From the IMG/VR virus record IMGVR_UViG_3300025723_000026, positions 1 to 64,000 of that record: 64,000 nt of DNA; one strand, 5' to 3'. The notes beneath the pieces are model-generated. The model ran no database searches. It was not told the origin of the DNA and worked only from the letters and a program-made list of their open reading frames with translations. Numbering within the stretch: the first letter of the stretch is position 1; each line of letters starts with the position of its first letter. This document shows, in pieces, positions 34,793 to 42,807 of this stretch. The translations under genes and the position numbers were made by a program. This DNA is from a virus. Taxonomy: Duplodnaviria > Caudoviricetes.

Positions 34793-34892
34793 ATTTATGT
34801 TTTAATCAGCTTTTATAGTGGCCAACTGATTAACCACTGCGTGCAATACTAATTTCGAGTATAAGTCGAAGCCAGTACGCCCCCAAAATTAT

Positions 34893-34904
34893 TTATCAAA
34901 GAAC
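34893..34904 (-). promoter_or_regulatory. boxA-like element 5' of tmRNA
   Basis: GTTCTTTGATAA 8 nt before tmRNA G1. Confidence 0.55.
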
Positions 34905-34913
34905 AAAAATTAT

Positions 34914-35546
34914 TTAGTACATGTTTCTAAGCACCCACATTTGAGCACTACTTAAAGCTTTAGACCATGTTCCAAGAATCTTTGAAATATTCTGCCAAAC
35001 TGTAGACCAGTATCTAAAAGTGATCTTATTAAGAATCTTCTTAGTCTTAGTCCAAGGATGATTTTCATGAGCCTTGAGTCGATCTTGCCAAGCTTTTTCA
35101 TTAGCTGCATTTACTTCAGCTGTTGTTATAATCTCTCCCTTTACAAGTTCTAAAGACTTAAGCTTGCCTTTTACAAATACAGCATCAAATTCAATGTCCC
35201 AGGTATTACCCTCGTCGTCATCACTATAATCGTAGAAGTTAATAGTGTTTGTAATCTCTTCTTTAACTGAGGTACGACTTGACTCTACAAACTCATAAGG
35301 CCAGCAAAATTTGCCCTGCTTCTTAATCTTCTTTTCTTCAGCTTCAGACATTGTACGAACATGTTCTCCCTCTACTTTTTCAGTATAGAGATAACCATTC
35401 TTCTTAATATAATAAGCAGTCATTGTATTATCTAAAGACTTTGTTTGAAAGTCAGCTTTTGTCCAATCCTTGTTAGGAAAGGCCTTTTTAATTGCTTTAA
35501 TCAGAGGAAGCTTACGTTCACAAAATACATAATCAAACATTCCCAT
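34914..35546 (-). CDS. Hypothetical protein
   Basis: 210 aa; GGAGGT SD upstream. Confidence 0.65.
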   Translation of the reverse strand: MGMFDYVFCERKLPLIKAIKKAFPNKDWTKADFQTKSLDNTMTAYYIKKNGYLYTEKVEGEHVRTMSEAEEKKIKKQGKFCWPYEFVESSRTSVKEEITNTINFYDYSDDDEGNTWDIEFDAVFVKGKLKSLELVKGEIITTAEVNAANEKAWQDRLKAHENHPWTKTKKILNKITFRYWSTVWQNISKILGTWSKALSSAQMWVLRNMY

Positions 35547-35595
35547 TTTTTATACCTCCAAATTTACTTTTCATATTTTTATATAATAGTATATA

Positions 35596-36234
35596 TTAAA
35601 CTAAAGTCAAGGTTTGAATTGGTTTATGACTAGGTTTCATTTCTTCATTAGTTGTATAATTAATGTTTATTGCTACTCTTCTAGACACTGTTGTTGGTGT
35701 ACTACCACTATGATAGAGATGACCATCGAAAATTATCATTCTATTTGCCTTAGGTGTAACTGTTTGTCTAATAGTTAGATTAGGGAGTGTATCATCATCG
35801 ATGATTATATTACCGCCAAAAGCTGTAAGCGAGGGACTAAAGCGCTCGTTATAGATAACCGTATCACCGTCTGAATCATTTAGATAAATTAAAGCGGTTC
35901 GATGTGGTTGATTTAAATCAATATGTGTACCGAAATCATAGTTCTTATCAGCTGGTGTATTTAAAATACAACGAATACGTAAAATTGATTTAATATTTTC
36001 CCCTGCATATCCAAGAGCATATCTTACTGATGCTTCTATTATACCATGAGGATCAAAGACAAGCGTGCCATTATTCATAACAACACGTACAAAACTACAT
36101 AAGAATGGATTTGTTAATATACGTCTATCATCAGCTACTCGTCCATAGTTCCAAGGAAAATCAATTTGCATGATTTCATCATGTAGTCGCTTAAAATCAT
36201 ATGCAGGTAAAATACTATCAAGAACTTTTATCAT
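35596..36234 (-). CDS. 2OG-Fe(II) oxygenase-like protein
   Basis: HID...TALIYLNDSDGDT...PKANRMIIFDG..YHSG...RVAININY. Confidence 0.82.
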   Translation of the reverse strand: MIKVLDSILPAYDFKRLHDEIMQIDFPWNYGRVADDRRILTNPFLCSFVRVVMNNGTLVFDPHGIIEASVRYALGYAGENIKSILRIRCILNTPADKNYDFGTHIDLNQPHRTALIYLNDSDGDTVIYNERFSPSLTAFGGNIIIDDDTLPNLTIRQTVTPKANRMIIFDGHLYHSGSTPTTVSRRVAININYTTNEEMKPSHKPIQTLTLV

Positions 36235-36265
36235 ATCTTATATTATAGATTTTTAATAACAGGAA

Positions 36266-36907
36266 TCAAGCTAAACTCTGTAAGAGTTTATTAACAATAA
36301 TATTAAATGATTCTACCGTTACATCTTCTCCATCAATTTTTTTCTTGGCAGCTAATAGTTTTTTGGTAAGATCACGCTCTATGTCACTAACAGAACTATA
36401 ACTATCTGTACGCATTTCTATTGGCTCACCACCGGCTGCTTTCCATGCTTTAATATATTTTGGAAAATCATCAATAAGAACATTAGGCTTACCTGTTTCT
36501 TTATTAAAAGCTACCTTGGTTTTATCGGTAATAAATCGCATTTCTTCAGGAGGTGGATTAAGATGTTTTTTAATCCATTCTCTTTTACCAGCTTCAGAAG
36601 CTGCACGGTCAATACCAGCAGGGCAGGAACAAATACTATAGCTACCTGCGATGTTTATTACCGTTTTTATTATAGCATGGGTTAGTTCACCATTCTCACC
36701 AAATGGAGGAAGATTAGCGAAGAAATTTTTAACTCCACCATGTTTTTTAAAGAATGCTGGTGCTGCTACTTCCCTATCTCTCCAAATTTGTCGAGTAGAT
36801 TCTTTTTCATGATCTAATAGCTCTTTATAAGGCTTTCCTTCTGTACCTAATGAGACTGTATCAAAAAGGTTAGCAAGTAACCCATCCATGTCGAGATAAA
36901 CTTTCAT
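36266..36907 (-). CDS. 5'(3')-deoxyribonucleotidase, HAD family
   Basis: YLDMDGLLAN, GKREW, VLIDDF. Confidence 0.82.
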   Translation of the reverse strand: MKVYLDMDGLLANLFDTVSLGTEGKPYKELLDHEKESTRQIWRDREVAAPAFFKKHGGVKNFFANLPPFGENGELTHAIIKTVINIAGSYSICSCPAGIDRAASEAGKREWIKKHLNPPPEEMRFITDKTKVAFNKETGKPNVLIDDFPKYIKAWKAAGGEPIEMRTDSYSSVSDIERDLTKKLLAAKKKIDGEDVTVESFNIIVNKLLQSLA

Positions 36908-37125
36908 TACTCTCTATCCTTTCTATGTGCTCTCTTCCACCACTTGCACCATCCATTAGGTTTAATATCACCTGCTACTGCCGAACATTTATTTGGTGGT
37001 CTCCACATCGTACATACATCACATCGTTGACCTTTAACAGTATGAGCTACATACCCTGCTTCAGCCTTAGAGTGTTTCGCTTTAGCTTCTGCTAAAAATT
37101 CCTGTATTAACTTATTAAAGATCAT
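36907..37125 (-). CDS. HiPIP-like [4Fe-4S] protein without Tat signal
   Basis: GY...CDVC...CSAVAGDIKPNGWCKWW. Confidence 0.75.
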   Translation of the reverse strand: MIFNKLIQEFLAEAKAKHSKAEAGYVAHTVKGQRCDVCTMWRPPNKCSAVAGDIKPNGWCKWWKRAHRKDRE

Positions 37126-37127
37126 TA

Positions 37128-37370
37128 TTAAGGTTTATTTGCAAGTATAACAGTAAAACGAAAGAGAAAATATCCTTTGAAGTGTCTGTTTATAAATTCT
37201 TTCTTTGCGCTAACTACAAGTTTTGACTCTTGATCAACAATACGCTTTATTTTATCTTCTAAATTGGTTTGCGCTTGTTCTGTTGTTGCAAAATAACCGC
37301 TCCATTTAATAGTATTACGATCGATCGTCGGAGCTGAAGCATGCGGTGGATAGTGGTCGACGAGTGACAT
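37128..37370 (-). CDS. Hypothetical protein
   Basis: 80 aa ORF, TAAATA upstream. Confidence 0.55.
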   Translation of the reverse strand: MSLVDHYPPHASAPTIDRNTIKWSGYFATTEQAQTNLEDKIKRIVDQESKLVVSAKKEFINRHFKGYFLFRFTVILANKP

Positions 37371-37392
37371 GATGTAAAATATTTAATCCTCT

Positions 37393-38040
37393 TTATGACC
37401 AAAAGAAGTGACGATATCTAACAAGTTGAGATAAAACTTCAGTATCCTTATCTTGAATAAGTTGCTCAAGACGATTTACCTCGCCGTACAGTTCTTCAAA
37501 TGATTCCTTCCGTTCAACCATCTTAAGCATTTTAACCCTACCTTTTTCATCCGTTTCACACGGTATAAACATTTCGTTAAGTGGACGTAGTGGTGGGTAG
37601 GCATTATCCATATCTTTCTCTAGTTGTACACGTTTAATGGTAATATAATCGTAAGCAGATTCTAACCATTTGGCAAATGCTACAGCGTGCTCTCCTGTAC
37701 CCTCCCAATCTGTATGACCGTGAAGATATTCATTTTCATAAAAACCTTTAATAAATTCAAAATTTACAATCTCAATGAGATGCGACACATCAGACCAAAT
37801 ACGAGGTATGACCTTACGATAGCGTTTGTTCTGTGGAACAAAGATTGGACGAATCTTATCATAATAATAAAGATCAGCCCAGCGAGGTACAAATGGAATC
37901 AACTGCCAAAGCTTTCTTGTACCAAACTTTTCATATAAAAAGTTATTAAATTTGTAACGAAAAGATTTTTTATATTCTTCGTAGTCAAAATTATCACAGC
38001 GAAGCTTGTGGTTACGCGCTTCAAATTTTTCTGATGTCAT
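37393..38040 (-). CDS. Hypothetical protein
   Basis: 215 aa; TTGTAA-N16-TATAAT 6 nt before ATG. Confidence 0.65.
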   Translation of the reverse strand: MTSEKFEARNHKLRCDNFDYEEYKKSFRYKFNNFLYEKFGTRKLWQLIPFVPRWADLYYYDKIRPIFVPQNKRYRKVIPRIWSDVSHLIEIVNFEFIKGFYENEYLHGHTDWEGTGEHAVAFAKWLESAYDYITIKRVQLEKDMDNAYPPLRPLNEMFIPCETDEKGRVKMLKMVERKESFEELYGEVNRLEQLIQDKDTEVLSQLVRYRHFFWS

Positions 38041-38188
38041 GCTATTATTATAACAGCTTAATATTTTTTTACAAGCTTTCCTTTCATCTTTACAAAGCCT
38101 TCGACTTTGCCTGTAGATTTAGGAAAATTTTCCTTGTATTTTTTTTGATCAGTTACGCGTGATTTTGAGCCTTTTCCTGCCATATATT

Positions 38189-39106
38189 TTAGTGTTTGGT
38201 TATTGTTGCTTCGATCTTATTTACACACCAGCGTGCGTAGGATCCACGCTCGTTATTCTTTTTTAGCTTACCTTCAGTTGTAAGTTCACGCAAAAGGTAG
38301 CCAGCGCGCGAGGCATCTACATTTAGGAGAGAGCAAATATCTGAAACTCCAAACTTACCATTAATTTTAAGAATTTCTTCTTTATCTTTTTCCTTTCTCT
38401 CCGTTTTCTTATTCTTTTTCGGCTCAGCATTCTCAACGTTAGCAGAGACAGCGGTAAAGTCATAACCACGACTCGTAAACGAACATGTATAATCAATACC
38501 AGGACCAAAACGGTTCTTCGAGAAATAAATTCGACGAAGATCAGGTGTCTCTCCCAATTCAACGAACATATTCACATCAACAGCGTAGGTAAGATGATTT
38601 GTACCACGCATTACACCGCCTTTGGTTAAGTGACAAATAATAACTACCGAACATTCCGTTTCCTTTGCACGTTGAATAAGCTTTTCAATAGCTTCCTTCT
38701 CCTCGAGATTACCTTTATCCATTGCCTGAAACGAATCAATAACGATTACATCCATATCTTCCATAAACGAAAGAACTTTGCTAAACTTAGTTTCATTACA
38801 TACACCTACATCTTCAATACCAAGTCGACGGCAACTGAAAGCAACTTGATGAATAGATTCTTCAGCGCTAATGTAGCCGACAGAACGACCTGTTTTAGTC
38901 ATTCCATTAAGAATCTGAAGAACCATCGTAGACTTACCAACACCTGCTTTCGAGGAAAGAGTAATACAAGAACCTGGAAGAATTCCTCCACCAAACATCT
39001 CATCGATTTCAGGGATATTCGACTTTACACGACGAAAGTAGATATCAGGAATCTGAACATCCTTAGCAGCTGTGAACGAAGTGGGTATAATATGATTAAG
39101 TTTCAT
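38189..39106 (-). CDS. RadA/Sms-like RecA-fold ATPase with probable C-terminal winged helix
   Basis: GGGILPGS, AGVGKST, YISAEES, IVIDSFQ, SKNRFGP; no N-terminal zinc finger or Lon-like domain. Confidence 0.82.
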   Translation of the reverse strand: MKLNHIIPTSFTAAKDVQIPDIYFRRVKSNIPEIDEMFGGGILPGSCITLSSKAGVGKSTMVLQILNGMTKTGRSVGYISAEESIHQVAFSCRRLGIEDVGVCNETKFSKVLSFMEDMDVIVIDSFQAMDKGNLEEKEAIEKLIQRAKETECSVVIICHLTKGGVMRGTNHLTYAVDVNMFVELGETPDLRRIYFSKNRFGPGIDYTCSFTSRGYDFTAVSANVENAEPKKNKKTERKEKDKEEILKINGKFGVSDICSLLNVDASRAGYLLRELTTEGKLKKNNERGSYARWCVNKIEATITKH

Positions 39107-39156
39107 GCTATTATTATGGTTGGTTTTTGTAAAATCGGCAATAGGAAAAGGGAATT

Positions 39157-39429
39157 TTATTTCAATTTCTTAAACTTTACCTCTGCCATTTTAAGATCTG
39201 TAAAAGTCCACCCGGCTGTGCCCCATTGAGAGGTTGAAGGATAAGCCTCTCCTGGAGGGATTTTCTGGCCACCGAGCTCATAACCGTTATGACGATTAAT
39301 TTTTACGACTTCAAAAGAAACACCTTCTTGTCCCTTTTTTGTTTGTTTGTATATAGCGTTATTACCTATACGCTTTACTTGAGTATAGGTAAATCCCTTT
39401 TTATCGAACTGCTTAGGTAGTGTCTTCAT
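39157..39429 (-). CDS. Hypothetical protein
   Basis: 90 aa; TTGTAT-N17-TATTAT upstream. Confidence 0.65.
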   Translation of the reverse strand: MKTLPKQFDKKGFTYTQVKRIGNNAIYKQTKKGQEGVSFEVVKINRHNGYELGGQKIPPGEAYPSTSQWGTAGWTFTDLKMAEVKFKKLK

Positions 39430-39469
39430 GATTCTTTAATAATAGAAGCTCCATTTAGGAAATACAAGC

Positions 39470-39772
39470 TTATTTCCCGTTTATTTCTAGAGCACGTTTT
39501 AGAAAATCACTACCAAGAGCTATTGTTACACCGATTACCCCAAGCTCTTTTCGAACATCAGCTAGGCTCTTACCTTGTTTGAGAAGAGTGAGAGCATCTC
39601 GACAGATGTAGTGTTTGAGAAACTCTTCCTTTGAACCTGCCCTCTTAGCCTTTTCCTCAAGATACTCACTATTTGTAGGGCGCTCCTTGCCTGTAACAAT
39701 ACAAGTAAGAATATTCGAGTCCTTTGCAATCGCTTTCTTAAAGCGTTTATTGATTTCTTCAGCGTTTAACAT
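39470..39772 (-). CDS. Hypothetical protein (CIVTG paralog 1)
   Basis: 100 aa; sigma70-like promoter upstream. Confidence 0.6.
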   Translation of the reverse strand: MLNAEEINKRFKKAIAKDSNILTCIVTGKERPTNSEYLEEKAKRAGSKEEFLKHYICRDALTLLKQGKSLADVRKELGVIGVTIALGSDFLKRALEINGK

Positions 39773-39823
39773 TCTTTTATAATAAAAAATTGTGTATTAA
39801 AATGCAATAATAAAGTTGAAAAT

Positions 39824-39859
39824 AAAAGGACCGACCACTAAATCATAGCAGTCGGTCCT
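39824..39859 (-). terminator. Intrinsic terminator
   Basis: AGGACCGACTGCTA...TAGTGGTCGGTCCT then TTT. Confidence 0.75.
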
Positions 39860-39869
39860 CTTCATTATC

Positions 39870-40064
39870 TTAAGCAACGTTAAGTTCGTTGTTCCTAATA
39901 GCACGTGTAATATCACGTGCATCAACGCGCTGGACGGAACGCTTAAATTGATTGGTGCGGTTAAGCACCTTAGCACGCTTTACTGTAAAGCTGCCATCAC
40001 GGTTACGTACCATCTTAACGAAGAACGTCTTAGGACGTAGATTCTTGTTTGAATAATCGATCAT
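39870..40064 (-). CDS. Small basic protein
   Basis: MIDYSNKNLRPK...; GGAGGTGA SD upstream. Confidence 0.65.
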   Translation of the reverse strand: MIDYSNKNLRPKTFFVKMVRNRDGSFTVKRAKVLNRTNQFKRSVQRVDARDITRAIRNNELNVA

Positions 40065-40124
40065 TTTTATTTCACCTCCTTTTTGTTTTTTCAATAGTGG
40101 TCTCTATTTTTTAATAATCCACTA

Positions 40125-40331
40125 TTAATTTTTAAAACTCTCAGGAATATTAATTTCCTCAGGAACAGGAAGCATATAACTATCGGTCTTTGCCTTCCTG
40201 CTTGTGGCTCTGCGTTTGTAGCCGATAAGATAATGCTTACCGTTTTGCATGCTTTTAATAATTGGAATAAGACGACCTTGTTTAACCAACTTCATAATAT
40301 TATCTGGATTCATCTTGCTCATATGTTTCAA
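40125..40331 (-). CDS. Hypothetical protein
   Basis: 68 aa ORF. Confidence 0.5.
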   Translation of the reverse strand: MKHMSKMNPDNIMKLVKQGRLIPIIKSMQNGKHYLIGYKRRATSRKAKTDSYMLPVPEEINIPESFKN

Positions 40332-40542
40332 TTAGTAGCTTCTTTAATTTGATATATCAACTATTTTTTGGATAATTTTTTAAATTTGTTAAAACATCGT
40401 TAATTGTATGGTAGTTTGTTCTGTTAAACCGAATAACTGTCCAGCCAAGCTCCTCTAACTCTCGCGTTCTTTTTCTATCATTTTCTTGTACGTTTTTCAT
40501 TAAATGTACTTTACCATCATATTCAAATGTATTTGCACTCCA

Positions 40543-40809
40543 TCACCGTGTGTATCCAGGTAAGTCACCATTTTCGGCAATCTTAATCCCTTCATATGGA
40601 GCAACAACACGACGATAGAACTCGATCTTACAACATTCAAGAGAACCAACGATCTCGTTGAGAGTATTATAACAAAGCTTATGATCATCGATGTACTGCT
40701 GACAGATCTTAGTTATAAGATAGTTAAGATCACCAGCGTTTTCAATATTTGGAACAGCCTTCAGAGCTTTTTCAAATTTTGTTCTTTCTTGTTTTTTGAT
40801 ATATGGCAT
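40543..40809 (-). CDS. Conserved phage protein (DUF6899-like)
   Basis: MPYIK...GDLNYLIT...LECCKIEFYRRVVAPYE..KIAENGD. Confidence 0.65.
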   Translation of the reverse strand: MPYIKKQERTKFEKALKAVPNIENAGDLNYLITKICQQYIDDHKLCYNTLNEIVGSLECCKIEFYRRVVAPYEGIKIAENGDLPGYTR

Positions 40810-40882
40810 GTTTTTATAGTAGAAATATTTTTTTAAAAAATCAAGCTTGAAATTCATTTTCTACCTACATAATATAAAACCA

Positions 40883-41488
40883 ATGAAACATGCCAAGGTA
40901 AAGAAAGTCAAAAAACTTCCTAAACAGAAAGCGAAGCCTGTTATTAAAAAAGCTAAACCTGTTATTAAGAAAACTACCCCCGTTGATAGCAATGGTGGTG
41001 TTAAGAGCAGGTTGATGTCCTGTATTGTAACGGGTATTGAGCGTCGTGTTTCAAAAGCAGGTATAACAAAAGGAATTAAAAAGTTTGGCGATCTTGCTAC
41101 ATTTATTGAAAATTATGTTGGAAATGAAGCAAAGCGTCTTCTTCGTCAGCGTGTCTCGCCGGAAGAGGTACAGAAGCAGCTTCGACCAGAAGGACTTAAA
41201 CCGTTTTCTATTGATCATCAAGCTCTTGCAAGACTTAAGCTGCTTAAAAAGCCTCGTAACAAGAAACTAACAATTGAAGAGGTTCAGCAAATTTCAGTTA
41301 AGTGGATTCCAAAGGAACCACGTACCTACCCTACACAGGAAGCGTACATTATTGATAATACAAAGAATGGTTCTTGTATTGCTCCGCAATTATATCTCGA
41401 TTCAGATCGATGCTGCGATCATTGCAAATATGTTAAGCACTGTCTATCAACAGCTAAACATTTTTCAAAGAAGTACAAAGCAGCTTAG
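40883..41488 (+). CDS. Hypothetical protein (CIVTG paralog 2) with basic N-terminus and Cys-rich C-terminus
   Basis: Start at MKHAKVKK after sigma70-like promoter. Confidence 0.6.
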   Translation: MKHAKVKKVKKLPKQKAKPVIKKAKPVIKKTTPVDSNGGVKSRLMSCIVTGIERRVSKAGITKGIKKFGDLATFIENYVGNEAKRLLRQRVSPEEVQKQLRPEGLKPFSIDHQALARLKLLKKPRNKKLTIEEVQQISVKWIPKEPRTYPTQEAYIIDNTKNGSCIAPQLYLDSDRCCDHCKYVKHCLSTAKHFSKKYKAA

Positions 41489-42612
41489 TACCCATCATAG
41501 GTCTTTGTATATTTTACACGGCGTAGATAATTATCTTCCCCTTGAATAACTGGTATAGGTGTTTTTTTCTCGTACCGAATTGTAAACACAATAATAATAT
41601 CGCCTATCTCCATAAGAAAAGCTAAGAAAAAGCAGACAAGTGCAGTAATATCAGCGTGAGTAAGTGCTGTAAAGGATACTTTAATAATATTATCTGTGCC
41701 AAGAATTTTTACAGGTGTGAATTTTGTATTAAGTGTAGAGGCGATAGAAGAAATAAGACTATTCGCATCAATAACAGCTGATTCAAGTTCTTTAAAACTA
41801 TTTGTTTCGTTAATATTCTTTTTGCATGTGATAATTTTATCACCGAGTAGTTTATTTGATTTTTCAAGTGATTGAAGCTGCTCAATTACCTGCTGATCCA
41901 CAGCATCATCCTGTTTTTTAATTTCTGCTTTTGTTCCTTGAAGTTCAATATTTGACTGCGCTTCAAGTCTACGAGCTTGGGCCTGAAGTTCCTTTGATTT
42001 AGGACCGTCTCCGGCTTTACCTTTTACACCAACCCGTTCATCAATAACTTCTTGGTTGGCGTCTTCAACTTTTTGTTTAATTTCTGTAACTTTAACAGTT
42101 AAATTTTTTTCTATTTCAATTTTCTTATCTCGTGCTTGATTGTTTATGTCGAGTTCCTGTGTTTGTACAGCTTTTTTACTTTCAGCTTCAAAATATGATA
42201 ATGTTTCTGTGATTTGTACTTTTGATTCTTGTAAACTATCTCTTACGCCGGTCTCAGAGTATAGACCTGCAAAATCAAAAATAGTTGGTAATAGGCTTAA
42301 AAATAAACTTAAAGTTGCTGCTTTAAGAGGAAATTCTTTTCTACCAAATAAAATTATCTTCACACAATACGGCAAACCAACAACAGCAAAGCTTGCTAAA
42401 GCGATTAAACCCCAATTCCAACTTATAAGAATAACATTAAGAGCGTGAAACGCAAAACAATAAGCTACAAAAATAATAAACCAATATACAATATCAATAG
42501 CTACAGAAGCTATTTTATTGTTTGTATTAAACCCAAAAATTGTATGATACTGTGGTATAACAGTATTTTCAGTTATAGCTTCTCTGCTAAATAAATTTTT
42601 GATAAGCTTCAC
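41485..42612 (-). CDS. Membrane protein with long coiled coil (DUF4407-like)
   Basis: Three N-terminal TM segments, GVKGKAGDGPKS loop, C-terminal TM. Confidence 0.65.
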   Translation of the reverse strand: MKLIKNLFSREAITENTVIPQYHTIFGFNTNNKIASVAIDIVYWFIIFVAYCFAFHALNVILISWNWGLIALASFAVVGLPYCVKIILFGRKEFPLKAATLSLFLSLLPTIFDFAGLYSETGVRDSLQESKVQITETLSYFEAESKKAVQTQELDINNQARDKKIEIEKNLTVKVTEIKQKVEDANQEVIDERVGVKGKAGDGPKSKELQAQARRLEAQSNIELQGTKAEIKKQDDAVDQQVIEQLQSLEKSNKLLGDKIITCKKNINETNSFKELESAVIDANSLISSIASTLNTKFTPVKILGTDNIIKVSFTALTHADITALVCFFLAFLMEIGDIIIVFTIRYEKKTPIPVIQGEDNYLRRVKYTKTYDGY

Positions 42613-42807
42613 GCTAGTATTTAATCGATTTTAAAATACAGCGTATATCTTCTCGTATAATCTCGATCTGTTTATAGAACATTTGATCAAGAAACATTAT
42701 AACTATTCTCATATTTGCATCCTAGGGACACATATATATTTAATCTTTTATAACTAAGTATTCTAGCCTTTGGTATTTTATAGATTTACCCATAAATAAT
42801 TGTAATC

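Larger units (their letters stand above)
34235..34884 (-). ncRNA. ssrA: tmRNA (650 nt including intron; 444 nt spliced)
   Basis: 5' GGGGGCGTACTGGCTTCGAC; 3' CGCCTCCACCA with G3:U70; ATAAAT-GCA resume signal; tag ORF ending LAIAA. Confidence 0.92.
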
